Below are positions 24,255 to 43,180 of a DNA stretch of 64,000 bases, in pieces. The translations under genes and the position numbers were made by a program. The stretch comes from Azolla caroliniana (taxonomy: Eukaryota; Plantae; Polypodiophyta). How positions within the stretch are numbered: position 1 is the first letter of the stretch; every line of letters starts with the position of its first letter. Location of the stretch: contig JBHGNT010000017.1 in the NCBI GenBank assembly GCA_043228905.1, positions 3,286,001 through 3,350,000 of the forward strand, read 5' to 3'. The notes beneath the pieces were generated by a model. That model saw only the letters and a list, made by a program, of their open reading frames with translations. It did no database searches and was not told where the DNA came from.

Positions 24255-27200
24255 ATGGAACAAGGTTATGATGATGAGCTCGAGAAGCTGTTGAGGGAGA
24301 TTCCAGGGGCCACTTCTGCCCCGCCTCAACATCTATCCTATGCTAAAGTCATGGCATCACGAGATGAAGAAACTCGAATGATAGCATCCTCTGTAGAGGA
24401 GGAAGACTCTGGCATGGCATTACAATCTGATTCTCATAATACAAACAAAGGAAAGAAGAATGTGAACGCTTCTAGCTCAAATATGAGCATAAACACCCCC
24501 TCGGATTCAACCAATCAATCTCTTTCCTCAACTATGTCTGATTCTTCATTCATGTCTCGACTACCTTCTTCTTTGCAATTGGTTGATCCCTTCCCTTCCA
24601 ACCCACCATTGGGCTTCTTGGAAAATGAGCTTAATATTGGATTAGAAAAGATGTCTCTGTCACGAAGTGGTGGGTTAACCATGGAGAATCGAGCCCCGGG
24701 CATTCGATTTCTTCACAATGGTCAAACTTTGATGGAGCCTCACCCATCTAATATGCAGCTTGGATACCATCAACAAGTAATGGGAAATCGACCACACCAC
24801 CCATCTAACATGCTACCACCATATACATCTGATTTGAAGATGGTTCATGCCCATCAACTCCATGAGGCTGCTGCTGCTGCCCATGCACAGCAACAACTAG
24901 AAGAGAGGATGTATTGCAGACAACGTATCAAGGAAGAATTACTCTTAAGGCAACAGAAATTGCAAGAGCAACAAGCGCGATTCTATGCTAGCATGCACAA
25001 CCCATCTGGTCCTCCTTACAGTAGGAGCTACTCTGGGTCTCAAATAGAGAAAACACCGAGCAAATTTGACCTCCTTCAACAACAGCCCTCTCCAAAAACT
25101 ACTCTAGGTGGAATGTATGCATCGGATGCTTTCCAGTCCTCTCATGGAATGTGGGCAAATCCTATCATGTTAGCACAGGAATCCCCTCAGGCGTCACATA
25201 TATGTCGATATTTTCTACATGGGTTCTGCACTCGGGGAGATCTGTGCCCTTTCCCTCATTCTCAGAGTAGTGGCATTTCAGTAAGTAATAATATGGTAAC
25301 ATCAGATAGTACTATGTCTCGGGCTCACAAGGGACCTCGTAATGCTGCAACTGCCTCAACACTAGTCTTGCCCCCATTGAAGACAAAACCTATGCTGTCT
25401 AATGGCCATTCAAATGGCCATCTCCTTTCCAATGGCACCCATCTTATGCCATCTTCGAATCAGTTGGGTGGTATTGCTGGAGGAGCTATATGGAACGGCA
25501 TTAGCCCAGAAATCCTTCAGCAGTCTTTAAATAACCAACACCAGCCGCAACAGTCACCATCACCACCTCCCAAGTACACCACATTAAAGGAAGTTGAGGG
25601 TCGTATTTATGGAATCGCAAAAGATCAGCATGGTTGCCGTTTCTTACAAAAGAAATTTGAAGAGGGTGTTTTCGAGGATGTACAGAAGATTTTTGTAGAG
25701 ATTATTGATCATGTTGTAGAACTGATGACAGATCCGTTTGGGAATTATCTTGTCCAGAAACTTTTGGAGGTTTGTGATGAAGATCAGCGCATGGAGATTT
25801 TGTATAGAGTTACCGGAAAAGGCCAACTTGTGACAATTTCATTGAATATGCATGGGTATAAATTGTTTTTTGTCGCATGTTCATTTATGGTAAATTTCTA
25901 GGCCATGTTATTTACAATTAGTTTTTTTATTGCCCATGTTATCGCTGTTACTAGGACACGTGCAGTACAAAAGCTTATAGAAATGCTTAAAACTCCGGAG
26001 CAGATTGGATTAGTCATATCATCTTTGAGGCAAGGTGTTGTAACGTTAATAAAGGATTTGAATGGAAATCATGTAGTCCAGCGCTGCTTACAACGATTAA
26101 GTACAGAAGATAGCCAGGTACAAACATTTCTTATTCTACATTTCTTCCTCTTGTATTATGTGTATTTGACTTACATTCTTCTTCTTCTAGTTCATATTTG
26201 ATGCAGCTGCATCTCATTGTGTTGAAATTGCCACACATCGGCATGGATGCTGTGTTCTTCAACGGTGTGTGGACTTTTCAATGGGGCAACAACGAGAACG
26301 CTTAGTTGCAGAAATTGCAGCTAATGCATTGGTCTTATCACAGGATGCTTTTGGGTAATTTATTTGCAACTCAACATCCCAAAAAGGGAAAGTTCTTTGT
26401 TATTCATATCTTGTAGGAATATTTCTTATTGTTTGGATCACGTATTTTACTGAGAATAGTTTGGCTGTCTGCAGGAACTATGTTGTGCAATATATTTTGG
26501 ACTTGGGCCTGGCTTGGGCTGTTGCAGAGGTTATTGATCGTCTGGATGGGAATTTTGTACATCTCGCGATGCAGAAGTTCAGTAGCAATGTTGTAGAAAA
26601 GTGCTTGAAACTGGGGGGGGATGAGAGTAGGGCGAAGATCATACAAGAGCTTACAAGTAGCACACGTCTTGCACAGCTTCTACAGGATCCATTTGCAAAT
26701 TACGTAGTTCAATCGGCCTTAACGGTTTCTAAGGTGAAATATTTAATTATTGTACAATGTGTGCATCTTATTGCATTTTCTTGATGGCTTGCATCTATCC
26801 TGTGTAATTTTAAGTTTCTTAAGTTCGTTAGATTTAACGAAAACGACCTGTATTGCTATTGTTAATTGTTGATATGCTAATCTATGGCATCCTCACTCAG
26901 CACTTTTTGTGAGTACATAGGAATAACATATAATATTAAAAGAAATTAGTAACTGGCTTTATTAATAACTAGCATGTTTTGGTAAGTTATAAATAATGCT
27001 GTCAGGTTCCTGCAGTTGGCTTGTGTGACCATCATCTACTGCAAAATAGCAACTAATATGGTCAGGGATCTAAAATTCTTGCATGGTTCCTTTCCTGTAT
27101 TGTTACAATAGTGTTTTGCTGGATTGACATACGAGAATTAAATGCTTGGTTTTGCAGTCATAGTTTTAAGTTTTCCAGTCATGAGTTGAACTGGCATTTC

Positions 27201-29640
27201 AAGAGAAACTTTCAACAGTTTCAATGTCAATAGGAAATTGAGTCAGTATTAGTTTATTGGTTCTCCTTCGTCTGTTCAAAGTTGATTTGACATGTATCTT
27301 CATCTTTATTTCTAATATTGATGCATTTCATCTAATCTATCTGTGCAAGGTATAATAGTTCTTGTATGTGCTTCTGATGTTGTAACGGTGCATAGCCAAT
27401 CAAAACCTTTTCACAAGTTTGATTATGAAATTCTTGTGTGATTACTTGTGACCTGCTTTGTGAAGACTTTGATAAACCTACATGATAGATATCTGAAACT
27501 TGTGGTCTGCAGTATGTAGACATTGATAAACACAATCCAGATCTGAAACTGCTGGCCTGCAGTGGGCAGACTGTCATTCGATTAATATTATGGCCCATTT
27601 GAAAGATAAGAGATGAAATGATTCTAGCAGAATAACAAGCCTCTGCCTTCCTAATACACCTTTCCATAAGTGGAATATCATTTATGGCCATTAAATTGAG
27701 ATGCGATATAGTAAGCGATAATATTTTTCAGGTGGATATCACAACCTGTGGGACAAAAATAAATTAAACCCTCAAGAAAAAGTAGGTAGGGTTTTGCATT
27801 ATCAGTTATGCCGAAGAGCATTAGCAATGTTCTAGGTTATGGTCTTTCACTCCATTCTCCATCTTTGTTAATTTAGCTTGATACTGATTCTCCAATTCCT
27901 GCATTAGATGAATGTGTTTTTTACATTCTCATCTTCCTCATAGGGCTCGTTTGGCCTGTTGTAGATGTGGGATGGGAGGTATGACTGGTTATAGATGGGA
28001 TATGCTGATAGGCATGGCTGCTCGGATGATTAAACATTCATCTACATCAATGCAGCTATATCCTTGAAGAATCTTTCCTGATGCCTGCATTGAAGTCTCC
28101 TTCTCCTCATTGCAACCCATTCAGCAAAGTGGTGGTCCTTGAGGAGAGGTTGGATCGTGGTTTGTGAAAACCCTTTCCTCCAATCTGAGATGTATGCTAA
28201 TGTCTGTTCCAAAGTTCATTCTGTAGCGACCTTATCTGTGAAAACTTCCAATGCTTCTGTCTTTGATGTCCCTCTTATTGTTGAGAATGAGATTTACGTT
28301 TTAGGAAGAATTGACTATTGTGAAGAGGCTCACTCATCTCTACCTTGATTAAAGCTAGAAACCTCGCTGATAAACAGTGAAATGAGCTCCTAGAAATAAG
28401 GGATTGTTTGGTAACAAGAAAGAACACTAAGAATTGGAGTTTCTCTCATCGAATAGAACTATCTATTCAATGATTCAAGGTCATATCAATTTGACCTGCT
28501 GTATTGACTCTGGAGATGTGGGAGATACGATTTTACCTTGTAATCTTGTGGGGAAATGTATGGATGCCTGAGCTGTTTAAAGAGAGTCTTGAAAACCAAG
28601 AATTGGAGTTTCTCTTTTCGAATAGACCCATCTATTCAACGATTCAAGGTCATATCAATTTGACCTGCTGTATTGACTCTGGGAACGTAGGAGATACGAT
28701 TTTAGCTTGTCATCTTGTGGGGAAATGGATGGGTGCCTGAGCTGTCTAAGAGTCAGTCTTGAAAACCAAAGTATTCAATGCCGGATACACTTGTAGCTTG
28801 AATGTGGTAAAAAACACTTCAGTTTAGCAGATGATTGAGGGTAAGCCTGATGCATTCCATTGGTATTTCACGTGGGCTGGAAGGTGATTGAGGATAACCC
28901 TGCTTCACTTTATTTGTATTTATGTGGGCTATATATCATTTGGCACTGCGGTTGCTCCCTCTTGCTACATTTGCCAAAGCTTATGAGAAAATCCAGGAGA
29001 AAACCAGTAGTAGGCCTTACCCCTTTTTGACAGAATAAGGGTATGATGAATGAATGGTATAGAAGACTCTTGTCAATGATGTATTTGACTGATGATTTCA
29101 CCTTTTACTGCAGAAAAATTTGCTCAAGCTTTCTTAAATGGGGTTTCATTTATATACATTGTATATATGTTTTTGAAAGCTAAGTTACTTATTTCTACAG
29201 TTATTTATGGCCACTCGTTTGAGTCTTAACAGTATGGAAATATATTTATACTTACGTTTTGGAAAGTCTAGTCTGCTTTACTTTATGTGAATGTTGAAAT
29301 TACTGACTTATTGGTATGCTCTAGCATCTAATCAACACTCTCCATGAAGTGCAATTTATTCGTTTTTATTCATCTCTTTTGTTTGAAAGTTATTTATTAT
29401 ATCATGCAGATCCTTTTATGGCCTTGTTCAGTACTAGGGTATTTGTTTCATTTAGATACTAGATTACATTATAGATAATAAAATCTTAATTTTAAATATT
29501 TGAATAACGTTGACATGGTGTGTATTGTTCAGGGAGCTCTGTATGTTGGTTTGGTTGAAGCAATACGACCACATTTACCGGCACTCCGAAGCAGCCCATA
29601 TGGGAAACGTATTCTTTCTCGGACTAGTTTAAAGAAATGA
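24255..29640 (+). CDS. Pumilio/PUF RNA-binding protein (APUM7-12/Puf4-like group) with a CCCH zinc finger; 5 coding exons, 764 aa
   Basis: Exons 24255-25855, 25955-26117, 26191-26354, 26475-26733, 29533-29640; all introns GT-AG; total 2295 nt in frame. Eight PUF repeats (DQHGCRFLQ, DPFGNYLVQ, NMHGTRAVQ, DLNGNHVVQ, HRHGCCVLQ, DAFGNYVVQ, QKFSSNVVE, DPFANYVVQ). CRYFLHGFCTRGDLCPFPH zinc finger. C-terminus SSPYGKRIL. Likely non-coding exon ending at the donor at 23225. Confidence 0.95.
28429..28769. repeat. 169-bp tandem duplication in last PUF intron
   Basis: AAGAATTGGAGTTTCTC...GTCTTGAAAACCAA occurs at 28429 and 28598. Confidence 0.85.
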
Positions 29641-31794
29641 CTAACAGAGACGATGTGCCCTTGTTGAGAGTTTTTGGGGGCAATTTTGGGGATTGGTTTG
29701 TGGAGGAACACACAGCTTTGTATGTAGTTTGTTACAACGTGTCTAGTAATTCGTTCGTTTATTCTCGGCAGCTTGTACGGTTTATATTATCAGGTGTATG
29801 TAAAAAAAAGAATATATATATTATATATATACAAAGGTCACATTGTGGTCTCTCTAAGGAGCTGCTCTTTGCTTGGCCAGACTGTATGTAGCAAAATTGT
29901 TAGAGAATACTTCACACATTGGGCTATACTTCGTTGGAAAGAATTTTCTCTATCAATTTCCAACATTATTATGGTATCAGTTTTCAGATGCTTTGATCTT
30001 TGGGTCCAAGGAATAGTGTGTGCCTGGTGCTTTGAGGTTGTTTGATGAGAGGTTATTTTGGGATTTGTAACGAAATATATTCGGAAACACAGTAACTGTA
30101 AAGCTTGTCTTTCCTTATCAGAAGACAAAGCATGTATAAGTTTTTTACCTCACAAATATAGAAGATGTTTTATTTCATATCCATCTGGTCTTCTGAATTG
30201 AGTTTGTGGGTCTTGTGTATTTTTAATTGATAATGTTCTATTGCATGTGAAATATTTTGTTTTTTTAAAGATTGTGATTAACTCAATTGTGTTTCCATTG
30301 GCACATTTAATGTGCTGTTCTTTAAAAACGTGGAGGATGTGTGTTTCATTTACCTCAAAGCATGCCTTGGTGCTTGCTCTGTAACTGCTTAAAACCATTA
30401 TGTATCTATTCCCTTGTTAATCACCTTGCATATGTATTTCTGTAGTGGTATTTACATTATGTTCTTTATAAGCTCTATTGTTCTCCTTACCGAAAAACAG
30501 CATCAGCAAAAGTCATCAACAAGCCTTCATTATTCTCTTCATCAAGCTCCATAACCCATCTTCATCCCTAAGCTCCTCTGTCACCTTTTCATAGTGACAT
30601 ACTCCATCAACTTCCTTTCTCCCTTCCCTAGTTCATTTCTTTTCTCTTGTTAGAGTCTTTGATAGTTTCAACTTAACTTGTACTCCCCTCTTAGTGGTTC
30701 CGAATGAACATTTCTCATATTCAACACTTCATATCCTCGGGTTGATTCATGAAGCTTCCACTTCTAGGCTACCAAGATTTGGTCTTCCATCTCTCTCCAA
30801 ACTTTTAGATCCTTCATATGGCAACTCATTATTGGAGTTTGCCATACGTCATGTCCTTTGGACTTCTCTCTTCTTATAGCATCTTGTGTGGCAAAGCTCT
30901 ATCCTATTGCTAGATACTTCTCTTGATGAAATTATATAGCCACGAGACATTGTAGGCTTATACTTAGCATATTAGTGTTGCAAATGTGCAAGAGACATCA
31001 TACATGCAATACAAAAATAATATTACAATATTTTGAACATATGGAATGTCATTATGATGTTTTGAAATGTCTCAATGATGAGTGCTAAAGTCCTAGCTAT
31101 TTGGAATAAATGAGATTTATCATATGGTCTACCTAGAGACAGATAGCTATATACATTTGCTTGAAATGTTAAATTTAAAAGGATGTAACACAAGTACAAA
31201 AATTGGTTTTTGATCCAATTCAAAATGAATGTGACATGATATGCACAACAAACATGTATATGGTTGCGAAACAATATGACGTGCACAATATGTAGCTTAA
31301 TGATATTTTAAAGAAAAGGAAATAGAATATTTTGCATAGTGTTCCAACCAATCAAAATTCCTCGTGCCTAAAAAAGGATGTAACAATTATACCGATTTGT
31401 ATACTAAAACGTGTATGTATGGGTATTCTTTGCATGCAACTTTGTTAAGGTGTTACATGCATAACCTTTATGGAATAGCTCTAAAGCTATAGCCTATTAT
31501 TAATGGTTTAAGCTAGGATAAGTGGGAAGCTAATTCTAAGAATTGGGACAAACCCTTGAGGACCTACGACACGTGGGAACACAAAGATGGTGGCATGAGA
31601 ACCTTACGTGTGGAACTATATAAAATTTATTGAGGATCAATTGGTGAGGCTCAACTCTCTTATTCAGATAAATTATTGAACAACCAATGTATACCATATG
31701 TTAATATTCAGTGGTATGGAACACTGATGGTATTTTTTGTTTGCCTCGTGTCACTATTACACCATACATATTTTTCTTAACTTACTTGATGTCA

Positions 31795-32060
31795 CTATGG
31801 ACCGGAGGGGTTGAACACATGACCTTTTTGTCCTTACCAAACAAACTTACAAACTAAGTTACATCCATATGGGCTCTCTCTCTCTCTCTCTCTTATTGTA
31901 ATTACCTTACCTAGTGGTAATTTGTTAGCACTACAAGCATTGTGTTGTGGGTTCGAAACCTAACTTCCTCACCTCTCTATTATATACTTCTTATATATCT
32001 CTTAATTCACTAGATGCCATTGTGGAATGTAGGGGTTGAACCCATGACCACTTGGTCTCT
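31795..32060. mobile_element. Degenerate tRNA-derived (SINE-like) box A/box B fragments in both orientations
   Basis: TAGTGG...GGGTTCGAAACC at 31912-31960, plus two reverse B-box-like GGGGTTGAAC(C/A)CATGACC at ~31807 and ~32032. No cloverleaf. Confidence 0.35.
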
Positions 32061-33088
32061 CTCTCTCTCTCTCTGTGTCTCTCTCTCTCTCTCACACACG
32101 CACGCACACACACACACCAACTCTTTTTGGGATCTATAATGATGAGATCATTGATTTATTGCTCATAAGGGAGGCAACTGAGTAGTTCTAGGGGGTACGC
32201 ACTCAATCCCTTTCTTTATGCAGACAACATAGTTTTACTCTTTGAGTTTGAGCACGACCTACCAAGGCACCTTAATGCCTTGGATGACTTTTGCACACAA
32301 AGAAACCCTTTGACCTCCCACTTCATTTCTAGAGACTTAGATGGAAAGGAAACTAGGCCTAGCACATAGTGCTAAAACGACACGATATCCAAACACATTG
32401 TTGAGATTCTATTGTTAAGGCTAAGGTGTTGTGTTCAATTACCAATATATATCATAAGATAATGTTTAGTGGTATGGGACATGATATCAATGTGGTTAGA
32501 GCAACCACGAATATGTTAGTGGTGATGGGCTTACGTGGTTGGTCAATGTGCATGCTCAATTGATAAAATAATTCAACAATTTTAATAGGGTTGTGCAAAT
32601 TTCTCTCCCTGCCTCACATAATTGGCATCGACTACAAGTAATCTCACCCCAATAGATAGAGATCACATGGTGACATTGCATTTGTTCTCCACTAGACATG
32701 TTTAAAGCCTTGTTTATAGAAGGAAGATACATGATGAAGCCTTGTTGGTTGCAACGATGTCTTGAATGAATGCCACTCGAAGGAAATTTGATATGTTTCA
32801 AGAAGGCCAAAAGGAGGCATGAAATAACATTGAGGATTTTTAATCATTTAAAATAAGGTGTCTTAAGCTGTGAAACCAATAACAAAAATGTATTTGTTTC
32901 TCTTGTCAAATAGAGACATTTGGGGAGATCCAATAGCGAACAAATGTTACAGCTTATAAAACATGATAAAGAAAAAACAACAAAGTCCAATTCAATGGCT
33001 TGGGCTAATATGATCATATACCCATTCTCCAACAGACATGTTAGAACAATGACAATGCAAGGAAGGAATAATGAATCAAGCATGATTC

Positions 33089-33313
33089 ACATGGTCCAAC
33101 ACGTGTAAAGGGCACAAATCATACTCAACGCAGAGCAAACTCCAAGAGCTAGAGTCAACAACACTTCTCATTCTAGATCACGAAGAGACCCAACAAAGAC
33201 ATATGAATTAAGCTTAATTAACATGGTCCAATCCGTGAAAAGTAGACAAATCGTACTCGTCGCAGAGCTGACTCCAAGAGCTAGTCAACAACACTCTCAT
33301 TCTAGATCACAAG
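33089..33313. repeat. Two ~95-bp direct repeats (period 132 bp)
   Basis: ACATGGTCCAA...CTCCAAGAGCTAG..TCAACAACAC..CTCATTCTAGATCAC at 33089 and 33221. Confidence 0.8.
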
Positions 33314-33445
33314 CAGAGTTGACAGTACAATGTGTTCAAGATAAGGTGGAGGCAACGATGTTGTGAGTGAGGCAGGATGCCAAGACAACAAAGGTCCAAC
33401 GGTGATACGAGAGTGAGTACGGGACAGAGTTGATACAAGAGTGAG

Positions 33446-34070
33446 ATCTTACTCAGGTGCCCAACCTATAGCTGTTACGTGCATGACCATATAATATCTA
33501 GTGGTAAGATTGTCCCATAGTATTCTATACACGTGGATAAAGTGCGAGGGTTAAACAAGAGTGTAAAGAAGGGAGGATTACTTTGAATCCTAGGAATTGG
33601 GACAACCCATAAGGACCAAGTGTGGACTTGCCTGGGGCCTTAGCTCTGGGTAAAAATAGGAGGGCTAGCCACCCTTATTAAGACATCAATCGACTACATC
33701 GAGACTCTGTCCTCGCGGTGATTAAACTCTTGTAGCGAGTGCCACCAGTACCATGTATGACTCGACGCCATGGCAGTGGTATGGGACGCCGATCGAGGCT
33801 CGAGTCCGTCTCGATTCCTTCACTCGGGGGTGGCTAGGTGGATCATCACGCTTCTTTCTCTCTCCTCTCTTATTTATTTATCTTCTATTTTCCTTATCTC
33901 GTGCTTACATTGGGATCTAGCTCTAACAGTTGTATAGAGCTATATCTTTACACTCTCGTTTAACCCTCACGCTTTATCCACGTGGATAGAATACTACGGT
34001 ACAATCTTACCACAGGATATTACATGATCATTGCACGTAACAGCTATAGGTTGGGGACCCGAGTAAAGAT
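33446..34070. mobile_element. Non-autonomous foldback/MITE-like element with ~125-bp terminal inverted repeats in the RPS4 promoter
   Basis: 33446-33569 is the reverse complement of 33945-34070 (e.g. CCCAACCTATAGCTGTTACGTGCA / TGCACGTAACAGCTATAGGTTGGG). No ORF; no clear TSD. Confidence 0.8.
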
Positions 34071-34352
34071 ACCATATGATATAAGTCTATAAGTAAAAGG
34101 GGTTGGGCCGTGGGTAAGATATGATATGATAACAAGTCAAGTCCCAGAGGTTGGGGTCTGAGACAGATACGATATGTTACGAGTCAAGTCTGCAGGTTGG
34201 GGGGGGGGGGGGCGAGTCAGATACGATACGATACGAGGAGGAGGAGGAGGAGTGAGTTAGCAGGTAGGAGACAGAAGAGGCGAGTGTGGTATTTTGTTTG
34301 TCCGGCCGGCCGGACATCAGGTGTAAAACCATCAGATTGTTTCTCCCAGTTT

Positions 34353-34360
34353 TAGGGTTT
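34353..34360 (-). promoter_or_regulatory. Telo-box (AAACCCTA) upstream of the RPS4 start codon
   Basis: TAGGGTTT about 110 bp before the ATG; telo-boxes are typical of plant ribosomal protein genes. Confidence 0.7.
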
Positions 34361-34426
34361 TATCGCGGTTTCCCCATCTGCTCCCTGAGTCCTTCTCCTT
34401 CTCCTTCTCCATTGGAAGCGTCCTGA

Positions 34427-37689
<3,263 letters not shown>

Positions 37690-39035
37690 AGAGATCATGT
37701 TTTTTGTTCGTATTTGTTTCTTTCTGTTATACTATCCTGCAGTTAAAAGAGTTTTCAAACTGAATCTGAGAAATTGGTTGTGTAGTTCTTTCTGACAGTG
37801 AGTTATCATTACCTGTTTTCTTTGCAATTAGCCTGCAACATTTTTGTATAAAGCTGATTGAAGTTTCTCATGTGCCAAATGGACGAAATGTGAAGTGCTT
37901 GTTGGGAATCTTGTTCTCTTTTTTTAATCATCTGGACAGCTGTGAGCAGGACGGCAGTGATAATTTACAAATTCGTATGTCATTGATTCTGTATGGTTTT
38001 GTCTATACTTTATTGTCATGATCTTTTTGTATACTGTTTCACTGTATAGTGGCGAGTGTTGCAAATAGAGATGGTAATATGAAATATGCGCCTGTTTTTT
38101 TATCATAAAATGAAATATGGTCACAAAAGTCATGGAATATGCTGGATTAATCTTTAGGAAGTAATATTTTGATGCACCGCCCAAAAAAATGACTTTTTTT
38201 GAATGTCTGTGAAAGCTAATTGTTATCATATTGGAGATAGGTCTCCCACTTAATTTGTTTTGTCAAAACATTGACTTCAATCTACAGAAACTGGTATGAA
38301 TTAAGACTATTGCTTCTTCAATCTTCGGTGATTAAATTCTGTGTTACTGTTAACGAATGAGGTTTATGTAAGTGGGCGTTAAAATATATATATATTATGA
38401 ATGTGAAAAGGTTCAACAAAATTGGTGTTGTGATGAAAATTGTATAATGACTAAAATAAAAAACACAATTGAAGTGTTGTGTTCTGAGTCGCATGATAAT
38501 GGGCGGGCAAAGTCTTCACATTGTCATCATTATTCCTGTAATGTTGCACACCTCATTTGACTTTTACAATGCATTTTCATGCACGTCTTCCTTTCATTTG
38601 TATCAACAGAAAACAATCCAAAACTTTATGCCAAATTTATCAGTTTAAAATACTACTGCATTATTCTGCAGTGCACCATAATAAAATTCCGAAGTAAATG
38701 TGAAAAAAAGTATTAGATTAGACAGACATTTGAAATGTGATAATGGATTAATACAACCTAATTGGGGAATGATCCAGATGAGGCAGAGATAGGTCTCAGA
38801 ATATTTGATCCTGAATTTTTTGAGGGGAGGAGGGTTTAAGGTGTCATAATATCACTTGTTTGTTACACAAATAAGCATTGTTGCACCTTGGGACAGCCGC
38901 AGTGCTTCAAATTTTCTTTTAACGACGAGGCTTTAGAGAAATATTAAGATCCCTCTATATGGTTTTCAATTATCAGTTTATATACTCCACAAAGGATGTT
39001 TGTTATCGTTTGTCATGAATCATCATTGCTGCCTT

Positions 39036-40947
<1,912 letters not shown>

Positions 40948-41508
40948 TTATATCGAGGCTTTCTTTTCTCTGTCTGTATTTCCTAATGACTGGTTCTCAG
41001 CGAGCAAAGGTACATTGGACAGGAGCGGCCCTGAAGCTTCACAAAATTCTCTCTTTTTCTCCCTTCCGCTCTGAAACACGAAAATGTTGCCTGTCTATTA
41101 CCTCTTTTAGACAGATTCTGATCTGTCTTTGCTTCTCTATCCCCGAGTTCTCCGAACTGAGATCAAATACAGGGAGTGATCTATCTCTCTATCTCTTGCA
41201 ACAACAGAAAAAAGAAGAAGAAGCAAAGATATAGACAGATTGATATGCACACACAAAACAAACAGGCACAGGCGCGCTTGCACACATACACAGAGACACA
41301 AACAATGACTGCGTCGTTACCTTCTCCCGGAAAGGCTTCTGATCTTTGTTCGTTTGGCAACTGAGAAACTCTAGGATTTGGAGTGTATATGGGAAATCCT
41401 CATGCTGCTGCTGCTGCTGCTGCTGTTGGCTGTGAGATCCACAGGAATGAGAGAGGAGGGAAAGGAAGGAAGGAAGACAAGAAGGCGTTCTATCTCTCTC
41501 TCTCTCTA

Positions 41509-41548
<40 letters not shown>

Positions 41549-41935
41549 ACAACACAGTCTCTCTCTTCTGTCGAATGATTTCAAAGCTCAAAGTTCAAAC
41601 CATGATGTGCCCATTACTCCTCTCAGAGACAGACAGACAGAGACAGAGAGAGAAAGAGAGAAAGAGAGAGAGAGAGTGTGTGGGGGAGGCCCATTTGAAA
41701 ACCCCTAGTTCTTGTTTTCTATCTCCCTTGTTAAAAAAACAGATCCACTTTACTTACTCTTTTGGAGGGGGGGTTGTGTTAGAATTTAGAACTTAGAACT
41801 TAAGACCCACCCACCCATAGAAACATGAAGTATTGGATCACTCCAAACTTCGAAGACGTGGAGGGCCTGGCCTCTCCATGGCATCCCGATAATAACCACA
41901 CGAAAGATTTCGAAATAGAAGAACGTTCGGGTCAG

Positions 41936-42320
41936 TATAATGCCCGACCTGCACATTTCTAGAGTATAGGGTTGATTGTCTCCAGATTCGTTACGTAAAT
42001 TGGAGGATTGGCGCTGCCCGAATGCGACAATAATTTTGTTAGGGTTAGTATAATGACCGATCTGCACATTTCTAGAATATAGGGTTGATTGTGTCTAGAT
42101 TTGTTAAGTAAATTGGAGGATTGGCGGTGTCCTATAATGACCGATTTGCACATATCTAGAATGTAGGGTTGGTTGATTGTGTCTAGATTTGTTAAGTAAA
42201 TTGGAGGATTGGCGGTGTCCTATAATGACCGATTTGCACATTTCTAGAATACAGGGTTGATTGTCTCTAGATTTGTTAAGTAAATTGGAGGATTGGCGGT
42301 GTCCAAACGTGACAATAATT
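41936..42320. repeat. Four ~84-bp tandem repeats upstream of ROP
   Basis: TATAATGACCGATTTGCACATTTCTAGAATATAGGGTTGATTG...AAATTGGAGGATTGGCGGTGTCC at 41936, 42049, 42133, 42221. Confidence 0.92.
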
Positions 42321-43180
42321 ATGTATATTGGGGCTCCGTGCCACATAAGAACTTGCCAATCATCAAATCCAAATTCCATCTCTTTTAAACATTCTAATGA
42401 AATATATTGTTCGTAATAAGTGATGGTCGACACAATATATGCACATCAACATCTTTATCAGCAACAAACATATTTGGATTTGATGATATTCTACCCAAAA
42501 ATGGTGAACTACAAAAAATGTGGCCATTTATGAGATAAACTCACCACTAAAGTAGCCAAAGTGAATCTGAACTTTTAGTGAGTTCCCATCATTTGAACTT
42601 TGCATTTCAGAAAGGCATAGAAAAACTACAATTTGTACTCAATCAAATGCAATTAGTACATATCAACAACCACCGATATGATTAGACGTTAGCACTCAAA
42701 TAAGAATAAATTGGATGAGAATTGACCGAAAAGGTAGGGTTCGTGTTCATGACGACCTATCATCATGTTCTCAAAAAAGAAGAATTTCTTTTTCTTCCAA
42801 GTGTACTTGGTTCATTCAACTTTTGTTTGAATTTGTTTGGGGAGACAAACATTAATGCAAGTGCTTATTAAAGCATAGGAAACCAACACCACTTTTAAAA
42901 TTGCTAATGTTTTACCTTTCTAGATGAAAAAACATTATACTAACAAAGTGACTGAACTAAGAGTGCTTAAATTTTGAAGGTCGCTTTCATGGCTACTAGC
43001 TAAAAGACCTTTGGGTGTATGTTTTCCAAGCAAGCATATTATTGCTACAAACTACTAGTAAAGAGTACTTGTACATGAGTACATGTACAAGCAACTCTTA
43101 TTTCAAGTGATTTTTGGAACATTTCCTTCAAAGTAAAGGAATTGTATACACTCCTAAATTATGTCAAGTGGTTAGAAAAA

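Noticed and set aside
31911-31962. Possible tRNA gene
   Set aside because: Box A/B-like motifs only; no acceptor or anticodon stems.
41189-41796. PolyQ/polyA/HT-repeat ORFs
   Set aside because: Microsatellite translations in the ROP leader and promoter.
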